A stretch of 64,000 bases of DNA, taken from positions 28,830,001 through 28,894,000 of the forward strand of contig OZ024749.1 of NCBI GenBank assembly GCA_964016885.1, written 5' to 3'. The position numbers and the translations under genes are program-made. Under the pieces are notes generated by a model. It had not been told where the DNA came from. It made no database searches and was given only the letters and a program-made list of their open reading frames with translations. Origin of the DNA: Eledone cirrhosa. Its lineage: Eukaryota. Each line of letters begins with the position of its first letter. The first letter of the stretch is position 1. Below, piece by piece: positions 42,747 through 53,700 of the stretch.

Positions 42747-43513
42747 GTGTTTGGAAGATAACAGGAAAGATTTTTTGGTTTGTTATTATATACATATACA
42801 TATATATTTTTACATAAAATTACATAAGGAATCTGAAAAGTTTCAAAAGTAGCATGTATCAGAATCAAAGTCAACCCCCATGAATTTTATATTTTAAAAA
42901 AGAGGGTTCCCCATTAAAATATAGAACCCAGACCAGTTCATCTTAAACATGTGTCTTATACACCAGTTCATCTTATACACGAGTGTATCTTATACCAATG
43001 TTTTATACACCAGTGAATCTTTTACACACTAATGTACCTTATACACCAGTGAATCTCATTCATGTGTCTTATACATGAATTTACCTTATCCCCCCCTCCC
43101 AAAATACAGTAAATCCCTCCAAATATATCCACCCCACTTAAAATATATCATTAGTAAATTCCTTTACAAATTTCCCGGCGCCAAAGACACACTCCAAAGT
43201 TGTGGACCAACCCCCTACTTTCCACCCAATTTTGACTGGCTAAATTTCCACTAAGACAAGTGTTTCGAGACATGTAACCAACATGACCTTTGGCTTCCAT
43301 TTGATCTGACTTATTGGGCAAGTGTCTTCCACACCAAGAAATATGGTAAATTTAAACAGATTTTCCGAAAAAGTTCTGATACAGATTTCAATTTTAACAG
43401 ATCATCTGAATAAGTCTCGCGAATTTGTTTTTTGCGTTTTTTTTTTTTTGCTTTTAAAAGTTGTTTTTTTCCCCCACCCTTTTTTTTTTTTTTTTTACAG
43501 AATAAAAAATAAG

Positions 43514-43756
43514 TTACATTTCTTCTTGTTCTTCTTCAGAGTCAGAAACAAGGTAGTCATCTTCTTCATTGATGAAACTCCTTTCTTCCTCATCCATGGC
43601 AATATCTGTCATTCGACTTCTTTTGGGTGGTGGACTAGAGGGACTAGGTGACCTCGAAGAGATGGGTGGGCTTGGTGGAGAGAATTCTCGAGAGGGACTG
43701 GAACTAGGGGAGATGGCTCTTGCTACTCGCTGTCTCCCTTCATTTATCCAGGTACT
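43514..43756 (-). CDS. PCYT1A: PCYT1 last coding exon (STWINEGRQRVARAISPSSSPSRE...DSEEEQEEM*), Ser-Pro phosphorylation tail
   Basis: ttccag acceptor, AISP motif, TAA at 43514-43516. Confidence 0.9.
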   Translation of the reverse strand, partial: STWINEGRQRVARAISPSSSPSREFSPPSPPISSRSPSPSSPPPKRSRMTDIAMDEEERSFINEEDDYLVSDSEEEQEEM

Positions 43757-43817
43757 CTGGAAAAGAGGAAAAGATTGTTAACAGTCACTCACAATCACAT
43801 TGATTCACTATTGTGCA

Positions 43818-43861
<44 letters not shown>

Positions 43862-43866
<5 letters not shown>

Positions 43867-44865
43867 GAAAGGTATAGAAAACATTGTAGCAAAAAGCCAA
43901 CAGTATTCCATAACATATATGCGACTATAGCGTCAAAATGGGAAAAATAGTTAACGTAAGATGTGGGAAAAATAAATCAAACTCATCTCAAAGAGAATCA
44001 GGATATAGATTCATCCACAGAATTTAGTAAAATCCAGGGAAAAATCAATAGAGCCTTAACTCATGATAAAATAAAGTTTCAAATACTCATCCTTCAATTT
44101 GGAAAAACTTCAAATGCTCTGTATAGTCTTAAAGACTATTTCACGAAAACTTTCAGTGGAGATGGTCACGGTTGGAATTCGATCCTCAGCAGAGCTCAAC
44201 TCGATAACCAAAATTCTCACAGATTAATATGCCAAAAAGGGAATTTAAAACAGGCTAGTTCACCATCATGCGTGATTATGAAAAATAAAATGCACATGTG
44301 GAAGGACAGGGCTGGTGACGTCAGAATGAGACGAATGTTTGTTTACAAGAAACAACAGTCAAAAAACATTCCGAAAAAAACTCTACAATAAGGAGTTCAG
44401 CTAAAAGCAATATTATCGCGGTTTTTTATTAAAAAATACCGGGATTAGTCACAAATAATTTAAGCACTCTAGGAAAGAAATCCGAGTATAAATATATAAA
44501 TGAAAGGTATAGAAAACATAGTAGTAAAAAGCCAACAGTATTCCAGTATTGAAGGATGAGTATTTTAAACTTTATTTTATCACGAGTTAAGGCTCTATTG
44601 ATTTTTCCCTAAATTCTGTGGATGAATCTATATCCTGATTCTCTTTGAGATGAGTTTGATTTATTTTTCCCACATCTTACGTTAACTATTTTTCCCATTT
44701 TGACATTATAGTCACTTATATATTATGGAATACTGTTGGCTTTTTGCTACAATGTTTTCTATACCTTTCATTTATATATTTATACTCGGATTTCTTTCCT
44801 AGAGCGCTTAAATTATTTGTGACTAATCCTGGTATTTTTTAATAAAAAACCGCGATAATATTGCT
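43862..44865. mobile_element. Foldback structure between (TA)n tracts in the last PCYT1 intron
   Basis: 43862-44098 is the reverse complement of about 44549-44775, and 44406-44545 of about 44727-44865. Confidence 0.88.
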
Positions 44866-45379
44866 ATATATATATATATATACACACACACACAAACATA
44901 TATGTACCCGATCTCTCTGACTTTTATGAAGCACTGAGGGGATAAAGTTAATATAAAGAGTGGTCCGTCTTTAAGGGCCTTCACTCTACTCTATAGCATC
45001 TCCGCGCATGAACACACCATTCTTATATATATTATTTGATAATATTTTTTCAAGAGGTATTAAAGCGAACAGCTTGAAACGTTATCGACATAACTCTTTA
45101 TTTACCTGAATATTTATTCCCCACCCCGATACACCACCTGTGTGAATAACATGAATGAAATGCACTCAATACATTCTGCAAAGTGTTTGGCACTAGGAAA
45201 CTAATTCGAAATTAATTAAAATTAAAATTGTGATTACCAAAATAAGGTAACAACAGGGGAAATAAATCGTGGTAGTGTTAAATCAAAGGGAAATAATTCA
45301 TACAAAGAGGAATAACTAAATTCATTATCCCTCAACTGACTGAAACTTAAGAAGGAATCAAAATAATACCAGTAATATA

Positions 45380-46122
45380 CACTGGTCAGTCAATAGAAAC
45401 AGCTATACATAAAGTATTGAAGCTCTGACGTCTGGCAATTGACTTGGTAAACACCCACAAAATTATTAACCATCTTGCCAACAACAACCCCGAGCACTTT
45501 TTGATTTCCATGTGTCTAACACACATGGGCATGCCTACAAAGTCAGAAAACAGCACAGCTCCCATGACTTTCGAAAACATTTTTTCACGCTCAGAGTTGC
45601 TGAAGCATGGAACAAACTACCTGTATCAGTTGTTAGCTGTCGAAACACTGCACCCTTTAAAACCTCCATGCTTCCTGAAATTAGCCAACACTACACCTGA
45701 TATCCCACCTCCATACACATGCACACATGTATTTCATGACTCATACTCTATTCATTTTCCTGACATTTGAACATTATCCTATGTACTTTACATGCACCTT
45801 TGATGAGTTGTAGTGCACCTGAGCAGTGTGCACAATAATTTCATTATTATTATTAGGAATTCAGTCAGCCATCATCATCAAGTGCTCAGGTGCACAACTC
45901 ATCAAAGATGCATGTATAGTACATAGAGTAATGTACAAATGTCAGGAAAGTGAACAGTGTATGTGTCATGATATACACACAGACACACACACATACGTGC
46001 GTGGGTGTGTATGGAGGGGGAATATCAGGTGTAGTGTTGGCGAATTTCGGGAAGCATGGAAGTTTTGAAGGATGAGTGTTCCAACAGCTTAAACAGATGC
46101 AGGTGGTTTGTTCCATGCTTCC
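45380..46122. mobile_element. Two CR1-clade 3' ends, tail to tail (plus 45380-45855; minus 45880-46122)
   Basis: THGHAYKV...RKHFFTLRVAEAWNKLP, a shared 3' UTR TTTGATGAGTTGTAGTGCACCTGAGCA and an (ATT)n tail. Confidence 0.88.
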
Positions 46123-46194
46123 TGGCTAATTAAGATGTCTGATATTGTAAAGTGGTCGTGTTGGTAATACAAAGAAAAAGTACCCACTACAACC

Positions 46195-46520
46195 TGTCAG
46201 ATAGTCGTTTTGGTGCCACAACAAAAAGCACCCAATCCATCATGTAAAGTGGTCAAGCTGGTGATATGATGAAAAAGTACTTTTTCCACACTATAAAGTA
46301 ATCGCTTTGGAGCCACGACAAAAAGCACCCAGTCCACAGCTGACAATGTGCTGTAAATGTGGGTTGGCATTAGGAAGGGCATCCAGCCATAGAAACCAAG
46401 CCAGAAAGTTCTGTATGAGTAAGACATGGTCACCTGATCTAACTTGTCCCATGCCAGGATAACTCGTCTAACCCATACTACTGTGGAAAAATGAATGTTA
46501 AACGAGGATGATGATGATGT
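46195..46520 (+). mobile_element. RTE-derived 3' UTR fragment with (ATG)n tail
   Basis: GTTGGCATTAGGAAGGGCATCCAGCC and related motifs match the 3' UTR at 50950-51320. Similar fragments lie near 70-140, 19850-20010, 22435-22715 and 25200-25470. Confidence 0.75.
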
Positions 46521-46549
46521 TAAGGAGAGGAATAATTTGTTTTTCTTAC

Positions 46550-46717
46550 AATTTTTCCATCTCTGCCGAAAAGATCCAGGAAGTTTCCAATCAATTCTTT
46601 TGACTTTTCCTCCCATTTGTGTAGTAATTCTCCTCCTTTATCCATGAAACCTCGTCTTAATGATTTGCCTTTGTCTTTCAATTTGTCGTATCTCTCTTCA
46701 AACTGTATTTTCTTTTC
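46550..46717 (-). CDS. PCYT1A: PCYT1 coding exon 7, membrane-binding M domain (EKKIQFEERYDKLKDK...KWEEKSKELIGNFLDLFGRDGKI)
   Basis: cag/gtaag junctions, 168 nt. Carries the KWEEKS..IG.FL..FG signature. Confidence 0.93.
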
Positions 46718-47120
46718 CTGAAATCAAACAAATAAATACAGCAAAAAACTAAAAACAAAAAAACAAAGCTTGTGAAATTAACATGCTAGTGGCTGAGCAT
46801 TCCACCAATGCATGTACCCTTAACGTACATGTGACAAGGCTGGCCCTTCGAATTACAGGTACAGTCCATCATGTGTTATTCGACAGACGTGTGTACTCTT
46901 AACCTAGTTCTCAGGGAGATTCAGCATGATATAGAATGTGACAAGGCTGGTTCTTCGAATTACAGGTACAACTCATTTTTGCCAGCTGGATGGACTGGAA
47001 CAACATGAAATAAAGTGTCTTGCTCAAGGACACAATGCGCAGCCGAGAACCAGACTCACCACCTTATTACTTTCAACTGATGGAAGGAACCAAGGGAAAC
47101 AGAAATCTACCTTGACTCAC

Positions 47121-47259
47121 CTTCATAAAACCTACATTCAGCTGTTTAGCAGTATAACCTCTGGACAAGTTTCTTCGGACATACATGTCATAATCTTTAA
47201 TAATACGGGCAATAATATCTGTTGTGGAAATACCTTCCGTCCGTTTAGTGGCAAGAAAC
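47121..47259 (-). CDS. PCYT1A: PCYT1 coding exon 6 ([47 protein letters not shown])
   Basis: RTEGIST motif; ccag/gtgag junctions; 139 nt. Confidence 0.96.
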
Positions 47260-47384
47260 CTGGAAAATACATGGTGAAAGGATCAGGAAAAAAAGAAAGA
47301 TTTATATTGGAAGTGATGTTAAATTACAGAAAGTCACTGGTTTTCATTTAGTTTTAGGAAATATATTGACTTAAAAGACAGAAG

Positions 47385-48280
47385 TAGTAAGAAACTCTCA
47401 GGAGAGCTGGACAGCAGGAGGTCTTCAGAGAAGAAACTCTCAGGAGAGCTGGTCAGCAGAAGGTCTTCAGAGAACAAACTCTCAGGAGAGCTGGACAGCA
47501 GAAGGTCTTCAGAGAAGAAACTCTCAGGAGAGCTGGACAGCAGAAGGTCTTCAGAGAAGAAACTCTCAGGAGAGCTGGACAGCAGAAGGTCTTCAGAGAA
47601 GAAACTCTCAGGAGAGCTGGACAGCAGGAGTTCTTCAGAGAAGAAACTCTCAGGAGAGCTGGACAGCAGGAGGTCTTCAGAGAAGAAACTCTCAGAAGAG
47701 CTGGACAGCAGGAGGTCTTCAGAGAAGCAACTCTCAGGAGAGCTGGACAGCAGGAGTTCTTCAGAGAAGAAACTCTCAGAAGAGCTGGACAGCAGGAGGT
47801 CTTCAGAGAAGAAACTCTCAGAAGAGCTGGACAGCAGGAGGTCTTCAGAGAAGAAACTCTCAGGAGAGCTGGACAGCAGGAGTTCTTCAGAGAAGAAACT
47901 CTCAGAAGAGCTGGACAGCAGGAGGTCTTCAGAGAAGAAACTCTCAGGAGAGCTGGACAGCAGAAGGTCTTCAGAGAAGAAACTCTCAGGAGAGCTGGAC
48001 AGCAGGAGTTCTTCAGAGAAGAAACTCTCAGGAGAGCTGGACAGCAGGAGGTCTTCAGAGAAGAAACTCTCAGAAGAGCTGGACAGCAGGAGGTCTTCAG
48101 AGAAGAAACTCTCAGAAGAGCTGGACAGCAGGAGGTCTTCAGAGAAGAAACTCTCAGGAGAGCTGTACAGCAGAAGGTCTTCAGAGAAGAAACTCTCAGA
48201 AGAGCTGGACAGCAGGAGGTCTTCAGAGAAGAAACTCTCAGGAGAGCTGTACAGCAGGAGGTCTTCAAAGAAGAAACCTC
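47385..48280. repeat. 42-bp minisatellite AGAGAAGAAACTCTCAGGAGAGCTGGACAGCAGGAGGTCTTC, about 21 units, intronic
   Basis: Direct reading. Confidence 0.97.
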
Positions 48281-48510
48281 TACCTACCCTTAAGCAAGTG
48301 TTTTGACTATAGAGTTATACAATTATAAAGCTATACAGCTATCCAGTTGTGTAGTTTTGAGGGGTAGAGAGTGGGCTTCTAATCAGCTTCTGTCAACACA
48401 ATTTCCCTCACAAGGTTTGGGTATTGGTCTAACGACAGTACTACAAAATAGTATTGATCTAACTACAGAACCACAAGATGGTATTGGTCTAACTATAAGA
48501 TGGTATTTAC

Positions 48511-48593
48511 ATTCCTCTGGCTTTGATGTCTTTGTAGACATCTTCACTGTTAACAGCAGCATATGGAAGGTCGTCATGGGCAACAAAATCAAT
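48511..48593 (-). CDS. PCYT1A: PCYT1 coding exon 5 ([27 protein letters not shown])
   Basis: [10 protein letters not shown] motif; cag acceptor and GGA AT|gtaaat donor; 83 nt. Confidence 0.95.
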
Positions 48594-48634
48594 CTGAAAA
48601 TATATTGAACACATATTACAAAATAAATTTGGGT

Positions 48635-48905
48635 AAATTTTATCATGACACTAGTACTACCACTTTACAGAGTGTACTGGGTACATTTTATCGTGGCACC
48701 AACACTCCCACTTTACAGAGTGTACTGAGTACATTTTATCATAGCACCAACTCTACCATTTTACAGTGTATTGGGTGTATTTTATTGTGGTACCAACACT
48801 ATCATTTTTCAGAGTGTTCTGGGTGTATTTTATCATGACACCAATTCTACCACTTTATAGAGTGTACTGGGTGTATATTGTCATTACTCCAACACTACCA
48901 CTTTA
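48635..48905. repeat. About 44-bp tandem repeat resembling the RTE 3' UTR internal repeat
   Basis: CACTTTACAGAGTGTACTGGGT..ATTTTATC.TG.CACCAAC occurs about 6 times. Confidence 0.85.
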
Positions 48906-49462
48906 GAGTTGTTAAGGAATATATAATTTTCTACTTTTGGCACAAGGCCAGCAATTACCCAGTGCATTACTGGTACTATATTTTATCGCCCCCATTAGGA
49001 TGAAAGGCAAAGTTAACCTTGGCGAGATTTGAACTCAGAATGGCAAGGGCCGTAACTCTATGCGTCAACGCATGGGCTCCAACCCTATACCGATACTGCC
49101 AATCCACCGATGAAAGGAATATATAATAATGACAAGATATAAAATAAGAGCAAAAGTGCGCGCGCGTGTCTGTGTGTCTGTGTGTGTGGGGGTGATAGAG
49201 AGATAAAAAGAGAGTGGGAGTGATAGTGAGAGAGAGGGGAGGAATGATAGAGGTATGAAATGTGAGAGAGTGATAGAATGGGGATGATAGAGAGATAAAA
49301 TGAGAAAGAGAGAAGTGGTGACATAGAGATAAAAATGAGAGAGACAGAGTGGGAGTTGATAAAGATAAAATGAGAGGGAGGTGGTGATAGAGATATAAAA
49401 TGAGAGAGAGGGAGAGAGATAGGTGAGGTAGAGTTAATGAGGTCCCAAATCCCCCCAAATAC

Positions 49463-49614
49463 CTTGTGTTTTTCTAAAAACTCATTCGTAATGGTCCAGG
49501 GCGCGTCAGTAATCAACTCATCGACATATCGACAATGTCTCACTGCTTCGTAACGTTCAAACTCATCCATTACTGTACGACCTTTCATCAGATGGGTCAA
49601 CTCCTCATTACACA
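49463..49614 (-). CDS. PCYT1A: PCYT1 coding exon 4 ([51 protein letters not shown])
   Basis: KG.TVM...ERY..V.HCRYVDE....APW catalytic domain; 152 nt. Confidence 0.97.
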
Positions 49615-50084
49615 CTGAAAATAAATAGCAATTAGTTAATTAACTGATTGATTAATCATCATCATTATCATTGTTTGACTGTAGTAACAGACAGCCACAA
49701 TCTTCCACCAACCATTGCAACTTTCATAAGTAGTTGTGGTCCCTTGATCAGGGTATTAATCCTGGTCTGACCACAATCCTCTACCACACATTGCAAATTT
49801 CTAAATCAGCTGTGGTCCCCTGGTTAAATGGTTAGCCCTCACAACCAGCTGACCACAATCCTTAACAAGCTACTGCTGACCAGTTGTGATCCTCTGGTCA
49901 GGATATTAGCCCTGCTCTGATTGTAATCTTTCTCCACCCATTGTTGCTTTCATAATGAATTGTGGTCCCCTGGTCAGAGTATTAGCCATAGTCTATCAAC
50001 AATCCTCTTTCACCCATTGATTGATTGACTGTGTGAATAATTGATTGACTGAGTGATTGATTCATTGAACTGACATTAACTTAC

Positions 50085-50198
50085 CTCCAATGATGAGATA
50101 GGTGTTAGGGAAAGCCATTTTTGCCTGCATCAGTTGGCGTGCATGTCCACTGTGGAACATGTCATAAATACCATCAGCATACACTCGCACCCTGCGTC
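50085..50198 (-). CDS. PCYT1A: PCYT1 coding exon 3 ([38 protein letters not shown])
   Basis: HxGH cytidylyltransferase motif; tag/gtaag junctions; 114 nt. Confidence 0.97.
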
Positions 50199-50346
50199 CT
50201 ACAAACAAGCAAAAATTATGTAAATAAGGAGGTGATAGTGGTGGTAGGGGGTGTATAGTCAACTACCCTGGTATCTCATGAGAACTTCATGGATAAAAAG
50301 ACAGAAATCAAACCACAAACACTTCCCTGCTTTGATAATAGTTTAA

Positions 50347-50549
50347 CCCTTTAGCATCTACATTACTTTATATATACTATTGTATTTTCACAGTAAACAC
50401 TTTATCTCAAATAATATCGAATCTACATGATTTTGATACTATTTATTTTGAGAACAATACCTTAACATAAGTATGAGCAGCTGGTTATGGCTGAACAGAA
50501 AGAGGTGAGAGAATTCTGACCAAATAGGGCCAGCTTGAATGCTAAAGGG
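50347..50549. mobile_element. 203-bp piggyBac-like MITE family 1
   Basis: TTAA|CCCTTTAGCAT ... ATGCTAAAGGG|TTAA gives an 11-bp TIR with a TTAA TSD. Confidence 0.9.
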
Positions 50550-50781
50550 TTAATAATTTTAAGACAAGACCAGCGATTTTGGGGTGGAAGGAAAAGCTGA
50601 TTATGTATAACCCCAGTATTTGACTGGTACTATTTATTTTATCAACTTTGGAAGGATGAAAGCAAAGTTGACCCCCAGTAGGGTTTGAACCCAGACTGAC
50701 TGTAAAGAGCCAAAGAGAACAAATACCACCACATATTAGTCTGAGGTGCTAATGTCTCTACAAATCCATAACTCACACTGA

Positions 50782-53700
50782 TTAATCCTTTAGCATTTAA
50801 ATTGGCTGTATCTGGCCAGAATTCTCTCACCTCTTTCAGTTAAAACCAGCTGTAACTGGCCACTCATACTGATGTTAAGGTATTGTTCTCAAAATAAATA
50901 ATATCAAAACCTCATAGATTCGATATTATGTGAATTATTATGTGAGATATTCATCATCGTTTAACGTCCATTTTCCACGCTAGCATGGGTCTGGACGGGA
51001 ATTGTCCCACTTGAGGCAAGATTGGTTGTCTTGCTCAGGACTGTCTGGCGGGTTTTCTACGGCTGGATGCCCTTCCTAACACCAACCACGTTTACAGTGT
51101 AGACTGGGAGGTTTTTACCGTGTTACCTACACGGCCACATTACAGCGTGGACTGTGTGTTTTTTTTGTCGTGACACCTACACGACCTCATTTGTTTCGGA
51201 CTGGATGTTGTGGTACCAACATAACTTCACATTTAAGGGGGTGTTGTGGATGGGGTGGGGGTAGTGGGACGGGGGTGTATTTTGTTAGAGGTGGCTACTG
51301 ACTGTAGGTTTCGCTTTGTACTTAGGCAAGGCGGGTCTTCTGTATAACTGTGTAGCGCCAAAGATCTCGGTCCAGTGACATTGTCTTGGAGTGGTGTAAG
51401 TGTGTGAGGTCGGAATTTATCAAGTCGTCCCAGGTTTTTCTGGGTCTGCCTACTCCGTGGCTACCGTCTATTTTTATCGCCCTGCACTTTTTTATACAGC
51501 TGTCATCTTTCATGCGCATCACGTGACCGTACCAACGTAGTCTTCTCTCGAGTAAACAACATCTGATCCCTCTTATTCCTAATTTCTCCCTTAGTTCGTT
51601 TATGCTTTGCCGTTCACGTATATTACTATTACACATCCAGCGGAGCATGCAAGCTTCGTTTCTCTCCAGTCTGCGTATATCCTCTGCACACAATGCCCAG
51701 GTCTCACTGCCATGTAACATTGCTGTTCGTATGCAGGCATCATACAGCCTGCCTTTCATTTTTAGAGAGAACCCTTTAGCGGCCAATAGTGGTATAAGCT
51801 CTCTGAACTTTTTCCATCCCGTTCTGACTCTAGCTACTGTACTTTCAGAGCACCCTCCCCCACTGCTGATTTTGTCACCCAGGTAACGGAAGCTGTCCAC
51901 TATTTCTATAGAACCATCTGTGCAATGGGATGAGCTAGTATTCTGTGGGCACTTGTTGCTACTTATTGCACCAGAGCACCGGCCACATATAAAATCTATA
52001 TTCTTAGTTAGCTTACCTGTGAACCCACTACATCTTTTATGCACCCATACTTTGCATTTGGGACATAAAATGAAGTTTCTGCCTACTCCTTTCCTACACA
52101 CTGAGCATGGCCATTTCCCAGATGGGACCGGTACCCTATTTTCCTTCCTACAAACTAGAACTTTAGTCTTAGACAAGTTAACTTTAAGGCCTTTTGATTC
52201 TAGGCCATGCTTCCATGTTTGGAATTTCTTCTCTAGTTCCACCATTGATTCAGCTATGAGCGTTAGATCATCTGCATATAGGAGTTCCCATGGGCAGCCG
52301 GTCTTGAACTCCTCTGTTATAGCCTGAAGGGCAATAATAAATAGTAGGGGGCTAAGGACGGAGCCCTGATGAACACCAACTTTTACGCTAAACTCTTCAC
52401 TATATTCGTTGTTAATTCTAACCTTGCTGACTGTTTCTTTATACATGGCTTGTATAGCTCTCACAAGCCATTCATCAACACCTAGTTTTCTAAGGGCCCA
52501 CCAGATAATCGAGCGGGGTACTCTGTCAAAGGCTTTCTCCAAGTCAACAAAGGCTAAGTATAGGGGTTTACTTTTAGCTAGGTACTTCTCCTGTAGTTGT
52601 CGTACAATGAAGAGAGCGTCTGTTGTACTTTTACCTGACACAAACCTGAACTGCATTTCGTCTAGATCAATTCGCTCTCTGATTAGTTGCGCTATTACTT
52701 TTTCTGTGACCTTCATGACCTGGTCAATTAATTTAATGCCTCTATAGTTTCCCCTATCTAGGGCATCACCTTTACCCTTGTAGCAGTTAATGATGATGCT
52801 GCTGCGCCAGTCCTTCGGAACGACCCCATTCTGTATGATTTGGTTTACTATCCGAGTGACCATAGTGTGTCCCACCGTTCCAGATGCTTTCAGCGTTTCA
52901 GCAACTATTTCCGAAGGTCCGGCCGCCTTGCCCGTCTTCATGTCTTTGATCGCCTTACTTATTATACTACCTTCAACTTGCACTGCTGGTCCCTCTATTG
53001 GGTCGATGTGGGGGAGACTGTCTTTCTCCGAATTATTCTCCTCATTTAGTAGCCTTTCGTAGTGACACTTCCAAGCTACCTTCTTATCAGCGTCAGTGAT
53101 GGCAAGTACACCATCATCATTAAGGACACACTTCTCCCCGACAATATCACTGTTTTCCTTGACACATTGCCTAGCAATCCTGAACACCTCACGTTTTTGG
53201 TCCTCGCGTTGTAGAACATGTTTGAACTTTCTTTCCTCTGCTTCCCTTCTTGTGAAGTACACATGTCTCCTAGCTTCCCTCCTGGCCACTTGATAGTCTT
53301 CTCTACTTCCCCCATCCTGCCATGCTTTCCAAGCCTGCTTTTTGGCCTTGATTGACCCCTCCACCTTACTGTTCCACCACCAAGTTACTCTCCTCCTGCC
53401 TATAGGTCTGCTCCAGCCACAGGTTTCATCTGTCGCCTTCAGCAGGTTAGCTTTCAGGAATTCCCACTGTTCCTCTATATTGTACGACTCTAATTGCTCT
53501 TCCTTACTATCAAAAGCGTCAAGTAATATGCTTTTAAATTTATTACTGGCTGTGGGGTCTTTTAACTTCCATATTTTTCTCCTGAGGATAGTCCTCTTCT
53601 GTTGTCGAGTACGTCTCGTCCTGACTATGAGGTCGCTAATTATGAGTCTATGTTGAGAGGTGCATTCTTCATGGGGGAGGGATTTAGTGTTTACAACAGA

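Noticed and set aside
43963-44391. 142-aa ORF within the foldback
   Set aside because: GTG start, no recognisable transposase or other motif, and it lies in a repeat arm.
47453-48268. 271-aa Cys-rich repeat ORF (KTSCCPALLRVSSL)n
   Set aside because: It is a 42-bp minisatellite inside a PCYT1 intron with no ATG start. The flanking exons join in frame without it.
51602-53656. Plus-strand ORFs overlapping the LINE
   Set aside because: They are antisense shadows of the RTE ORF.
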